A DNA stretch of 64,000 nt from a virus. The notes below the pieces were generated by a model. That model worked only from the letters and a program-made list of their open reading frames with translations. It had not been told where the DNA came from and did no database searches. Shown here piece after piece: positions 10,513 to 21,200 of this stretch; within the stretch, counting starts at the first letter, position 1; every line of letters begins with the position of its first letter. The position numbers and the translations under genes are program-made. The stretch is from IMG/VR virus record IMGVR_UViG_3300030090_003378, positions 1 through 64,000 of that record. One strand, written 5' to 3'.

Positions 10513-10932
10513 TCAAGAGTATAGGACAAATACTTCTAAGTTAGCCGCAGTTAATCGGTCTATTTCAATACGCAAACCTGATTTACAATAAATACCATCA
10601 TCAAATGATTGACTAAAATAAGATTCATCGGCACCATCTGTTGTATCGGGGTTGCCGTCAAAAGCCGCCATATAGGTAAAATCTTTACGCCAAATTAAAT
10701 TTGTTGTCCCTGTTCCTGTTGTATCTTCATATGCTCTAACTTCAAATGGGACACCACCATGCCCCATAACACCCGTTGCTTTATCAATAACACTAACAAT
10801 AATCTGATGCAATACTGCACCTTGATTTGTCAATATATCTGTATCAACACCACCACTGGCTAAACCTGCGATTCTCATACTTCTTACTCTACCCATAATA
10901 ACGCCTCTAATATGTTCTAAACCTATCGCCAC
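10513..10932 (-). CDS. Hypothetical virion-associated protein
   Basis: Beta-rich 139-aa ORF in the head module. Confidence 0.45.
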   Translation of the reverse strand: MAIGLEHIRGVIMGRVRSMRIAGLASGGVDTDILTNQGAVLHQIIVSVIDKATGVMGHGGVPFEVRAYEDTTGTGTTNLIWRKDFTYMAAFDGNPDTTDGADESYFSQSFDDGIYCKSGLRIEIDRLTAANLEVFVLYS

Positions 10933-10953
10933 TAATAAAAGTAGCGGTTAGAT

Positions 10954-11310
10954 TTATTCTTCTTCATCAAGTGAATTTGCTAATGCAAGTAATTTTGATT
11001 TAGTTAGTGATGAATCGTATTCCACACCTGCTTCATCAAGATAAGCCTTTAATTCAGACTTATTCATTGAATCAAGAGAAGGGGTTGAAGAGGCATCATC
11101 GTTATCCTCCGCCTCAACAACTTCCTCAACGACTTCATCAACAGTTTCTTCTACTGTTTCAGCCGTAGTTTCACCTTCTACTTCCCAATCAGGTGCGTTA
11201 CGCACTTTGAGATACATATTCTCATCTACTTCATACCATCCCATAGACGTTCTAAATTCCTGTCCATATAGACGGCAAAAGCCTCCCAAATACTTAACGC
11301 GATGTGTCAT
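10954..11310 (-). CDS. HeH/SAP-like domain protein
   Basis: C-terminal LDSMNKSELKAYLDEAGVEYDSSLTKSKLLALA after an acidic linker; such genes are common downstream of capsid genes. Confidence 0.65.
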   Translation of the reverse strand: MTHRVKYLGGFCRLYGQEFRTSMGWYEVDENMYLKVRNAPDWEVEGETTAETVEETVDEVVEEVVEAEDNDDASSTPSLDSMNKSELKAYLDEAGVEYDSSLTKSKLLALANSLDEEE

Positions 11311-11321
11311 CCTGATTCACC

Positions 11322-11681
11322 TCAAAGGTTGCCCCAAACTCTCACTCGGATTTCACCAATATTATCAGTGTTACTTGCTTCTTTAGCATGGATTTGGAAC
11401 CTATCACTTTGACTATGATATTTTCCACCATTTGTCGCACCGGACATTACTTCAGGTGCAATCATCCTTGCTTCATAGCCGCCTGTAAGGGTATCAACGG
11501 AAATACCCGATACAACCACACAATTAATTGTGCTTAATCCGAAGGAAGTAGCAAGAACCTCTTCGCCGTTAGCAGTATAAGATGTAATATCTACTACTGC
11601 ATCAACGCAATATTCATTTCCTGCAACTCGTGGTTTATCTGACCCTAAATGGTCTGCTAATAATGTTACTGTATGTGCCAT
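11322..11681 (-). CDS. Putative capsid decoration/cement protein
   Basis: 119-aa beta-rich ORF directly after the capsid gene. Confidence 0.45.
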   Translation of the reverse strand: MAHTVTLLADHLGSDKPRVAGNEYCVDAVVDITSYTANGEEVLATSFGLSTINCVVVSGISVDTLTGGYEARMIAPEVMSGATNGGKYHSQSDRFQIHAKEASNTDNIGEIRVRVWGNL

Positions 11682-11713
11682 TTTATATCACCTATGTAAA
11701 TTATTAAACAAAC

Positions 11714-13018
11714 TCACTGAAGGTTTGTAATTTTTCCTTGTCCCTTGAAGAATGTACAAACTGTTTCTCCGATAGTCCGATAAAGACCTCGGTTTCCGAG
11801 TTTGTTAACACCGAATGGGTCGCCCGAATCAATTCCACCTTCAAAGTATTCTGTTGGCTTCAATGTAGCAAAGTGCAAATGGTCTGTATCAAGGATAAGA
11901 ATATCGCTCAATCCTGAACCACTACCTGTTGATGGCATCTCTTTGCATGGGATTAGGGGAATGTCGTGATAGGTAGCAACCTTGAATCCGACTTCTCGAC
12001 CCTTTACACCCTTTACACCGTTAGCAGTTGGCATAATTTCTGCACGTCCCATATATCGCTCTTGAGATTGTAGCAATTCGCCCAATGCTTGAATTGTGTC
12101 ATATCCTGTTAGCATAACCTTTGGAGAACCACCGCGAATCTGTAACTCACGTAGAGCAGTATTCAAAGTGTTCAAAGTTAGGTTTCGGCGTGAAGCATAA
12201 GATGTTCCGTAGTCCACATAAGCATCTAACCATGCATCAGTAGCACCTGTAACACGAGTTTGTCCGTATAGAGTAACTAATGTTGCGTTACCTGTCTGTG
12301 TTCCTGCCATTAGCACACCGCCATCCATAGCATCTACTTCAGCATAACTTGAAACGATTTTGTATAGCGAAGTAATGTTGTTACCGATACCTGATACCGA
12401 TGAACCACTATCAATGTGTGACTCAAGAGGCATAAGTAGCATATGATTCATAGCCTCAGCGTGGGAAACACCAATTTCCTCACGGTAAGCCGACATAATA
12501 TCACCAATGCCATCATCAATCTTTGCCATAGCAGCAGCCAACTCGGAAATCTCGAATTGATGTGCAATAGTCTTTGGACTTGCATATAGTGTATCGAATA
12601 CAGGCTTTAGTGGACTCAAAACATCAGCCGCCGCAGTAGTAAATGATGCGTTTTCTGCAACACCACCAATTTGTGCTTCTGTTAGTGAACCATGACCTGT
12701 TCCACCTGTTGTAGACCAAGTATCTCCTGAACCACCTAATGCACGCTCTTTGAGAACTCGCCATCCACTTGAGGACCACGGCTTTTTAGGTAGCATAGCC
12801 AAAGCGTTAATTTCACGGTTTAGCATAGACCATACTTTCTGACCATAGATAAGGTTGTAAAGTGCATTTGCTGAAAATGCGCCTGAATCGTGAGCGGTGT
12901 GAATACCACTCTCAATACCTGCACTCTTCAAAATGCTACTGTTAAAGTTACCATATGTTGCTCTTTCTAAATCTTCGATTGTTCTAATTGTATTAATTCC
13001 TGACATAATAATCACCAT
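11714..13018 (-). CDS. Major capsid protein (HK97 fold)
   Basis: ~430 aa following the prohead protease; capsid-like segments (PKTIAHQFEISE, VATYHDIPLIP, ILILDTDHL, GQGKITNLQ). Confidence 0.85.
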   Translation of the reverse strand: MVIIMSGINTIRTIEDLERATYGNFNSSILKSAGIESGIHTAHDSGAFSANALYNLIYGQKVWSMLNREINALAMLPKKPWSSSGWRVLKERALGGSGDTWSTTGGTGHGSLTEAQIGGVAENASFTTAAADVLSPLKPVFDTLYASPKTIAHQFEISELAAAMAKIDDGIGDIMSAYREEIGVSHAEAMNHMLLMPLESHIDSGSSVSGIGNNITSLYKIVSSYAEVDAMDGGVLMAGTQTGNATLVTLYGQTRVTGATDAWLDAYVDYGTSYASRRNLTLNTLNTALRELQIRGGSPKVMLTGYDTIQALGELLQSQERYMGRAEIMPTANGVKGVKGREVGFKVATYHDIPLIPCKEMPSTGSGSGLSDILILDTDHLHFATLKPTEYFEGGIDSGDPFGVNKLGNRGLYRTIGETVCTFFKGQGKITNLQ

Positions 13019-13040
13019 TTAATTTAAATTCCGAACCTAA

Positions 13041-14339
13041 TTAAAGGCCACGGACCTCCCTTGCCAAATCGTTAACTTGTTCCCAAGATAATTCGTGGAG
13101 ATTCTGCATCTTTAGTAGAACATCTTCAGGAACCGCATTTGCAGCGTTAACTGATTCAACCTGCTTTGCGATAACTGTGTTGTTATTCTCAAGAGATTTT
13201 CGTAGTTCTGAAAATTCGTTCTTTAGAGATGCGATTTCTGCGGAAGCATCATACTTTGACTTTGCTACTGCATCAGATTCACTCTTAAGTTCTGCCTGAT
13301 AGCGAGCCTCAAACTCTTGCTTAATAACTTCGTATGCGCGAGCCTCTTCTTGCTCTGCCTTAAACTGTGCATATGCTTTAGCGAGATTCTCATGGCTTAG
13401 GTCAAGAGTGGTAATGCTCTCAGACTTTCGCTTGATATACTCGTTATATTCACTGTCTGCATGGGTAGCAACGGTTCCCTCAATTGAGTTACCTGTTGCA
13501 TTGTGACCATATACAACTGAATCAGCCTTCATTTCATGCATTTCTTTACCATACCCTGCATCTTTGTCAGAATACATGGCATCTTTGTCAGAATACATTG
13601 CTTTGTCGTCTGCGCCATCATCAGCATCTTCGTCTTTTGCGACTTCTGCTTTTGTTGCTTCTTCAGAATCGGTCATTTCCATATCCTCTTCTTCTTCCTT
13701 GCTAATTACACTTACTTGATTTCGGAGTTCTGATACAATATCATTAAACTCGTTCAATGCTTTTTCTATTTCGTCTGTCATTTTATTCACCTTTTTGTCT
13801 TGTTTTACAATGTTGAATTTTGCTTCGGGGTTAATCCCTTCCTCGCATATTGTGATTTCGTGTAGTTCTAATTTGTCTATTTCTTTATATGTGCCAATTT
13901 CGGGGTCATATCTGTTTGCTTTATGTAACGCTTGACCTCCAATACTGAATGAACGTAATTTTCCTCTCCTAATATCTCTTGCTACTTCTTTAGCCTTTTC
14001 AATATCACTTCTCATCTTAATAACTACAAAAAATCCTGTATCATCTACACCTGTTTTTAATACATTACCTTTAGAATCTCTCCAATTATCTACTACTTCT
14101 CCTACTTGAACATTGGAATGGGTAATCATAACGTTTTTGTAATCCCCCTTCATGAATTTTGATGATGCATCCCGTAGTGCTTCTAATGTGATTAAGTCAT
14201 TCTGTTTATCTACTACATCTACTGAAGCATAACCGGCAATAACCAAATCATTTGATTTTCCTTTTAGAATAACTAATTCGCTTCCGGCCCCTAAATGCTT
14301 ACCCATCATGCTTGGCTCGATAGCAATTGCGCTACTCAT
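13041..14339 (-). CDS. Prohead (maturation) protease fused to a C-terminal scaffold
   Basis: IAGYASVDVVDKQND, ITHSN, SFSIGG and LHEITIC motifs of caudoviral prohead serine proteases; acidic coiled-coil tail. Confidence 0.88.
   Translation of the reverse strand: MSSAIAIEPSMMGKHLGAGSELVILKGKSNDLVIAGYASVDVVDKQNDLITLEALRDASSKFMKGDYKNVMITHSNVQVGEVVDNWRDSKGNVLKTGVDDTGFFVVIKMRSDIEKAKEVARDIRRGKLRSFSIGGQALHKANRYDPEIGTYKEIDKLELHEITICEEGINPEAKFNIVKQDKKVNKMTDEIEKALNEFNDIVSELRNQVSVISKEEEEDMEMTDSEEATKAEVAKDEDADDGADDKAMYSDKDAMYSDKDAGYGKEMHEMKADSVVYGHNATGNSIEGTVATHADSEYNEYIKRKSESITTLDLSHENLAKAYAQFKAEQEEARAYEVIKQEFEARYQAELKSESDAVAKSKYDASAEIASLKNEFSELRKSLENNNTVIAKQVESVNAANAVPEDVLLKMQNLHELSWEQVNDLAREVRGL
13558..13598. 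repeat. Tandem duplication with 21-bp period (AMYSDKD x2) in the scaffold
   Basis: gcatctttgtcagaatacat at 13558-13577 and again at 13579-13598. Confidence 0.85.
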
Positions 14340-14363
14340 GTTATCACCCTTTGTATCTTTGAC

Positions 14364-14373
14364 TATTTAAATA
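14364..14373 (-). promoter_or_regulatory. Candidate archaeal TATA box for the protease-capsid operon
   Basis: TATTTAAATA ~25 nt upstream of the ATG at 14339, with a GGTGA RBS in between. Confidence 0.45.
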
Positions 14374-14381
14374 TAGCGTAG

Positions 14382-17144
14382 TTATTCAGTATATTTTATA
14401 CTTTTATATCTATCTACGTCAATATCCCATACACCTTTATCGCTTTCTTTATCAGTAGGGGTCTGTTCATATCCTGTCCACGCTAACCATCTTTCTTCAC
14501 CATCAACGGGTATTACTCTAAAGTGCATTTTCCCATTATGTAAATCACCACTTAAGAAGTATTCATGGTAGCCATCTCTTTGTGAACCTAATTTAATTCC
14601 ACCTTCATCTAATAATTTATATCTATCTGCAACCTTATCTACTTGTGCTTCAAACTTATCTGCTTTTCCAAATAGTGAAAAAATGTCATCAACGTTATTT
14701 TGTTGAATACGCCAAATTAACTTTCGGTCATCCAAGTCAATAACAAGGTTTAAATCTTCATCTTCTCTTCTCCAAATTTTATAATCTCCTTTAGAATAGT
14801 CTGCTTTTAATTCAATATCATCTTGAGCATCAGGAACCTTGATTAAAGTTTCACCATCATGGCTAAATTCTTTGGTATCTTTGTTATACTCAATACCATA
14901 CAATCCATTTTGAGATACTTCTTGTAGACGATTATTAATTTCTTCTTCTAATTCTTCACCTTTTTTGTTTGGTATTAATCTACCTAAAACTTCATCCATA
15001 TCGTCAGGTAATTCATCTATAATTTCTTTTAGTGTTGCTGGCTTTCTGTTAAGAATCTTTGAAACTTCAGAATAGAACAAACCACTATCCTTACCATATA
15101 AAGTTTTTAATTCATCTTTCCACAAGTCAATATCAAGTAGTGCATTCTTAGCCATTAATGTTCCATCAATGCCGGTCAATACAAAACCTTCTGAATGCAG
15201 TTCAGTATTTAGTTTTGCTATACCGTGTATATTATCTGTAATAACGTATGATTTCTTAAGTGCTTCGATATTATAATCACTTGCTGATTTCTTATTATCT
15301 TTAGATAGGAACTCTAATGTAATAATTTTTTCTGCTTCAGTAACTTCAGGAATTTCAATCACTTTAGCACTGTATAGTGTATAGCCCTTTTTGGTTTTCT
15401 TTACTTCATCTACTTTAACACGGATAATCTTGCCAACATTATTAACAGTGATTTTTGTATTCAGTGCTTTACCGACCTTCAAGTATGTTTTATTTCCAAT
15501 ATCCTGTGTATCAGTAAAACGTTCTTTATCTTCATCTGATAGTGGACCTGCACCTAATGTATAACTAAATGTGCCATTCTTATTTTTCCGCTTATCAAGC
15601 ACAATCAAATCAAGGTCAACAAACTTTTTCCATTTAATCCACTTAGGATTTTTCTTTTTACCGATGACATAGGATGATTTTGCATCCTTAATAATCACAC
15701 CTTCTGATGTTGGGTTTTCCATAATTTCCTTAGCATAATCTTCAATCTCTTCTAATGAATCTGCAAATCGAGTATCACGCTTGTTAGGGAATTGTAAAAA
15801 TTCGTGAGAATGAGCGGAGAATGTATTCATTAATTTTTGTAGCCTTTCTTCAAGTTTGGTGGCTACAATACTTTCTTCTTCGTATTTTAATATGTCAAAT
15901 ACATGGACTTTCAAATCATAGTCTTTCTTTTCTTCTTTTGAATTAACATAGGCCAAAGTATCGGCTCTATGCAGAGGTTCATCATTCATGTATAATACTG
16001 CTTCAGCATCTAAAATACAATTTGGAAACTTGTCATCATTTAGTAATTGGATTTGTTTTTCAAACTTATCGGTAATATCATTACCATTAAATGAATAAAC
16101 TTTGATGGAACTATCTTTGTGTAATTGAACACGCATTCCATCGTATTTCTCTTGGACTACCCATTCTCCTGTAAAACCTCTAAGTTCTTTCATATCGTCA
16201 ATCTCAAAGATTCGATACATTGGCTTATTGGGTTGAATAAATACAGGGTCTTTATCTTCTTTATTGAAGTCTGATTTTTGAATGTTATTCCATCTATATC
16301 TATTTACTTTATTTGAATACATTCCTTCAGTAGTATGAGGTTGGGTTATCGCTTCTTTTTCATAATTTTTATTATAGGCTAAATATGCCGCTACTGTTCT
16401 TGAAGCCGGTGCGAGTTTAGTTTGGGTAATTAACCACTCATAAACCTGCCTCATATTTCTCCAATCTCCGACTTCTTGCATATATTTATCTATTTTATCC
16501 ATCCATCGTTTTCTTTTACCTTTTAATAATTCTGATTTAGCCAACCTCTTAGATTCAACTAATTCTCCCCATGCTTTGTTACTCAAAGATTCACTAAATA
16601 CTTGATAAAGATGTTGTCTTGCACCATCAAGTTTAGTTTCTAATCTTTCAATGGCTTCATCTTCACCGTAGTTTGATACTAACCAATCAAAGATTTCATC
16701 ATCAGTTAAATCTAATCCTTGATAACCTGATGTGAAATTATCTATCTCTTTACCATGCATTTCCCAATGCTCAATAGGTAGTGCTTTCTTATGGTCACGA
16801 TATGCCCAATGGAGGAACATAGCAAATAATTCTTTGCTCTTAATTAATTCATCTACTAATTTATCACCATACTTTTTTCTAAATGGGTCTTGAGTAATAT
16901 CAGCATCATTACGCATATCCTTAATTAATTGATAGATTCTTTTTGCTTTTCCGCCTCCGGCGTCTTTTGCTTTTTCTGAAAATAATAAATTCTCATCCAT
17001 TCTATCTCTCATTAAATCTCCAAGTTTTCCTGTTCCATCCCATTTTTGTCTTAGTTTATCTATGAGATTTCCCCATTCATCTTCGTATTCTTTTGGACGT
17101 TCACGCGCACTTAGATAAGCAATTCTAACTTCGTCATATATCAT
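14382..17144 (-). CDS. ATP-dependent DNA ligase-domain protein (920 aa) in the head module
   Basis: Ligase motifs QEKYDGMR, ILDAE, VFDIL, EGVIIK, WIKWK plus an OB region; long N- and C-terminal extensions. Confidence 0.85.
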   Translation of the reverse strand: MIYDEVRIAYLSARERPKEYEDEWGNLIDKLRQKWDGTGKLGDLMRDRMDENLLFSEKAKDAGGGKAKRIYQLIKDMRNDADITQDPFRKKYGDKLVDELIKSKELFAMFLHWAYRDHKKALPIEHWEMHGKEIDNFTSGYQGLDLTDDEIFDWLVSNYGEDEAIERLETKLDGARQHLYQVFSESLSNKAWGELVESKRLAKSELLKGKRKRWMDKIDKYMQEVGDWRNMRQVYEWLITQTKLAPASRTVAAYLAYNKNYEKEAITQPHTTEGMYSNKVNRYRWNNIQKSDFNKEDKDPVFIQPNKPMYRIFEIDDMKELRGFTGEWVVQEKYDGMRVQLHKDSSIKVYSFNGNDITDKFEKQIQLLNDDKFPNCILDAEAVLYMNDEPLHRADTLAYVNSKEEKKDYDLKVHVFDILKYEEESIVATKLEERLQKLMNTFSAHSHEFLQFPNKRDTRFADSLEEIEDYAKEIMENPTSEGVIIKDAKSSYVIGKKKNPKWIKWKKFVDLDLIVLDKRKNKNGTFSYTLGAGPLSDEDKERFTDTQDIGNKTYLKVGKALNTKITVNNVGKIIRVKVDEVKKTKKGYTLYSAKVIEIPEVTEAEKIITLEFLSKDNKKSASDYNIEALKKSYVITDNIHGIAKLNTELHSEGFVLTGIDGTLMAKNALLDIDLWKDELKTLYGKDSGLFYSEVSKILNRKPATLKEIIDELPDDMDEVLGRLIPNKKGEELEEEINNRLQEVSQNGLYGIEYNKDTKEFSHDGETLIKVPDAQDDIELKADYSKGDYKIWRREDEDLNLVIDLDDRKLIWRIQQNNVDDIFSLFGKADKFEAQVDKVADRYKLLDEGGIKLGSQRDGYHEYFLSGDLHNGKMHFRVIPVDGEERWLAWTGYEQTPTDKESDKGVWDIDVDRYKSIKYTE

Positions 17145-17205
17145 GCGAAGTGACCGTGACAGAGGGTCTAACCTCTCAGACTTTAAGATGATGTTAAATC
17201 ACCAC

Positions 17206-18000
17206 CTAAATATTATCTCTAAGTTGATTACTAATTCCGGGGCTTGAACCTTTAGGCATTCCGCCTCTTCGGTCTTGTGGGTTCATAACTTTACTTGCAG
17301 GTGTTTTAGTTGTTCGCATATCCTTTTCTTTTGCTGCTACTAAACCGCCAAGTTCTTTGTCTACTTCCCCGAGAGTTCTACCCATAGCCTTAATTTTAGT
17401 AATTGATTGTTTAAGTGCCATCAAAAGATTATGTTCTTGAGGACTCATTTTCCTTTCATCATCTACTGCTTTTGCACCAGCCGCTACTAATGGTAGTAGT
17501 TTATCCATATCAGTCTTGTAATAATCTCCTCCATCTGTGGGGTCGTAATCTGACTCATCATCAGCAGGTGGTTCATCAGCATCATCCATTGGGTCATAAT
17601 CCGATTCAGGTTCTACTTCATCTTCCCAATCTTCAGGTGTTGGTTTTGGTTCTTCTTTATTCAATGAAGAACCTGTATAGTCCCGACTCTTTTTTACTGC
17701 GGGTTTCTTAACTGTATTTGGCTTGCTTGGTTTAGCCGCGAATCGTGGTAATTGTTTGTTACCGAGGCTTGAATCATCTGTAACTTGAGTCCCACCCATA
17801 ACGTCTACTTTTTGACCTGATTGCTTTTTTGGTTTTACAATTTCAGCATCACCGACACCACTACCCAACGCATTGTTAATATGGTATTCTAATTCATCTA
17901 ATTGAGAAAGCATTAATGTTAACATTCTTTCTCCGTCGCTCAAGTCTTTTTTTCGGGCAACATGACCCAAATCAATATCATCATAATTTAAACTCATCAA
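17206..18000 (-). CDS. Hypothetical protein with an acidic low-complexity centre
   Basis: ORF containing a duplicated ESDYDP motif. Confidence 0.55.
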   Translation of the reverse strand: MMSLNYDDIDLGHVARKKDLSDGERMLTLMLSQLDELEYHINNALGSGVGDAEIVKPKKQSGQKVDVMGGTQVTDDSSLGNKQLPRFAAKPSKPNTVKKPAVKKSRDYTGSSLNKEEPKPTPEDWEDEVEPESDYDPMDDADEPPADDESDYDPTDGGDYYKTDMDKLLPLVAAGAKAVDDERKMSPQEHNLLMALKQSITKIKAMGRTLGEVDKELGGLVAAKEKDMRTTKTPASKVMNPQDRRGGMPKGSSPGISNQLRDNI

Positions 18001-18239
18001 ATATCACCTGTTAATTTTCTTACTAAGTCATCTACTTCGGTCCATTCCATTTTAGCCAAAGTGTCTGCATTTGGAACACCGTTTGTATTTGTGTTAATTG
18101 ATGGGGTCGGAGAATTTGTAACCACCAACCCTGATTTCATCAACACATTATCTGCGCTAAATACTGTGTATTCTAATTGCTTTACTCTATCTACTAATTC
18201 TTTTAATAGTAACGTTAATTCATTGTTTTCTTCTGTCAT
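17997..18239 (-). CDS. Hypothetical protein
   Basis: C-terminus (LAKMEWTEVDDLVRKL) resembles the end of the scaffold (LHELSWEQVNDLAREV). Confidence 0.55.
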   Translation of the reverse strand: MTEENNELTLLLKELVDRVKQLEYTVFSADNVLMKSGLVVTNSPTPSINTNTNGVPNADTLAKMEWTEVDDLVRKLTGDI

Positions 18240-21200
18240 CTTGTTCCGCCTCCGGATTTAGGGTATACCATTTCGCGTAAGTCCCGATACAGTTGTTCGT
18301 ATTCCTTACGCAATCTGCTTGCTAATTTCACTACTTTAATGTTTTCATCCTCATATCGAATAATTTTCTTCTTTAATTTAGCATCTCCCTTCATTAAACC
18401 TAACTTTTTGAGAGTGTCAATTAACTCACCTAACTTCAAAAAATCTTGTCCAAAATATTCTGTTGGGTCTGCTTGTGATAACAACATTTTAATTTGTTTT
18501 TTCTTTTTCTTATCTACTGATTCTAAAACTTTACCATCATCAGCCTTTGTAATATCTGATTTGTATAATTGGTCGCCCAATTTCTTTTTACGCTTTGTCC
18601 ACATTTGTAATTCAGACTCTATTTCTTCTCCTTTAGAGTTACGTCTTGGTTCATCTGAAAGTTTTGCCGTTCCATCTTTGTGTTCTTTTATTTTTTTCTG
18701 TGCTTCTTTGTAGCGATTAAAAAGGTCTTGACGCATAAATTCTTCAGCACTACCTCTCTTTGGTCGCCTTCGTTTAATATCTTCTAAATCTTTTTTGCCC
18801 CTTCGCCAATTATATTTTTTTGCGGCTTCAGCATATTCTTCATTAGTCATATCTTTTCTTCTTGCCCATGCTTCTTCTGCTTCCGCATCTTCTTCTTCAG
18901 GGGGAAGTTTAAATGGATTTCTTACTTCTTCAGATTCCAATTTAACTTTAGGTTTTTCACCGCGTTTACCTCTCATTTCTTCAAGTTGTGCAAGTGGTAA
19001 TCCCGTTTCAGGGTCATGTGTTTTTGCACGTTCTTCTGCTTCACGTTTAAATTCGGCTTCAGTTTTAAATCGCTTTGAGTCTATTTCTTTTTTCCATGAA
19101 GGTATATCAGGTTTAGGTTTCTTAGACGGTTTAACAAATTGACCACTCTTCGGGGGCCATTCTACTTCTATTTCACCTTCCTTTTCTTCTACTTCTTCAA
19201 GGGACATTGTTAGTGGATGAAGCATTCCGGAAAATTCACGCTTACCTTTAGGTTTCTTTTGGTCAGCCTCAAAAACTTCAATATGAGTAGATAATATGTA
19301 ATGGTATAATGAGAAATCTTTTCCGGGAACACCTGTTGCTATTTTTTGTTGCAAAAGGTCTGCCGCTTTATTTTCAATAGCACGTAATTCCTTGACACCT
19401 TTAATGCCTACGAATTTATCAGCAATACTTTTACCATCTATTGCTAATGCTATCATCAATCGAATAATATAATTTTTATCATCATACGGTCTAATTAGAT
19501 TTTTATATTCTCTTACAAAATTACTTGTAACACGGCCTCTCTTCCTATCAACCGTTAAACCACTTTTTACCATAGTTACTAATTCAGGTAAAGTGTCTTG
19601 AATAAATTCCAATAATTCTTGCACTGTGTTTAGGTCATCTCTTCCTACATCTTCACCTGATAATTTTCGATTCATCGTTTCAACAAAACTTTCAAGGAAA
19701 CTTGGGAACCCTTCAGCATTTGCATTCTTTACTTGAGTATTAAATGCGTTCCACATTCTCATTAAGTTTCTTGTTGGAATTGGATAATTAGGTGGCTTCA
19801 AAGCATAAATTTTTGCTAATACGTTAGACTTTCTTTTATCTGTTAAAGCCTCAAAATCTGATGCTTCCTTTTTGAACCCAACCTTGTTTAACCAATATTC
19901 TAAAATCCCACTACCATAGGTATACCAACCATCTTCATTATTTAACGTGTAAGGTATAGTGCTTTTTGTTGCAGTAATTAACGGAACAACCACAGTTAAA
20001 TCTTCTCCAATTGAATCTAAAGGAATATTATTTTTATCTCCACCCTTTCTACCAATTCTAATAACAGGGTTTCTTCTTTGAGTCCTTGCTTCTGATTGTT
20101 CTGCTAATCTTTTACCTTCAGAAGACATTTCAATTTGACCTGCTTTACCTGCACTTAATGGTTTAATAACTTCTGCTTCTGCTTCTGTTTCTTCTCTTAT
20201 AATTTCAATAAAGTAATCAAGTGTATCTAAATGTTCTTGTTTAAAATCTTTTGTTCTAGCCTCTTGTAGTAGTTTTAATCTTTCATTTTTATCTTCCTCA
20301 AGTAGTGCTTCTTGTAATAACCCATGTAGTTTGAATTCTTCGATTTGTTTTATCTGCTCTTGAATTTCCTCACGGGGAATCTTAAGTTTTTTTCCTTGAC
20401 TTACTACTTCTTCACGCGAAGCCAATTGACTTTGCCAACCTCTTAAACCGGCTTTAGAACCTGCGCCCGTCATAGGTGAAGTGGGACCAACAGGCTTTAG
20501 TTTTTCTGCCGCTTGTCTTCGAGCCTCTAATGCTGCTTCTGATTCTTCCTTTAGTTTTTCCTTAATTCTTTTCTCTTGACCGTAGCCATATTCTTCTTGC
20601 ATATCGTTACGATAATCTCGTAACACATCTCTAATGAGTTCTTGATTTTTTCCCCATACTGGCAATTCAGGTAATCTTTCTCTAATTGCTTCGTATATTC
20701 TTTTTTGGAATGAATCACCTGACAAATCTGCTTTGGGAAATTCCTTGTAATATTCATCCGTGACTTCATCTATAATTTTACTTCTTGCTTCTCTAATTTC
20801 ATCGAGATGTTCTGAAGTGTCCCACTTGCCTTCTTCAGTTTTATATTTCTCCATTACTTCTTTCATTTTTTCTTCATACATACGTCCGTATTTAGCACCC
20901 ATTAATTTTGCACCTGTTTCATACAGGTTTGAATCAGTTAACACTTGCGTTCTACCCATTAAGGCTGATTCAGGTATAAGATTTAATTGCCACATAACAG
21001 GTAAATCATAATCTACTTCTTTAGTCCTTTGAAGTGACCTTTCCCACCTTTCTTTTTGTTCCTTCCTACTCTCTTTGCTACCTTGAAACTTAGGAACTTT
21101 TGTGTAGAATTTTGGAAGTTTTTGGTCGCCTTGAAATTTTATTGGTCCGTGTTCTTCATCAAGTCCGGTATTTCTCCATATTTTTTCCCAATCTTCTCTT

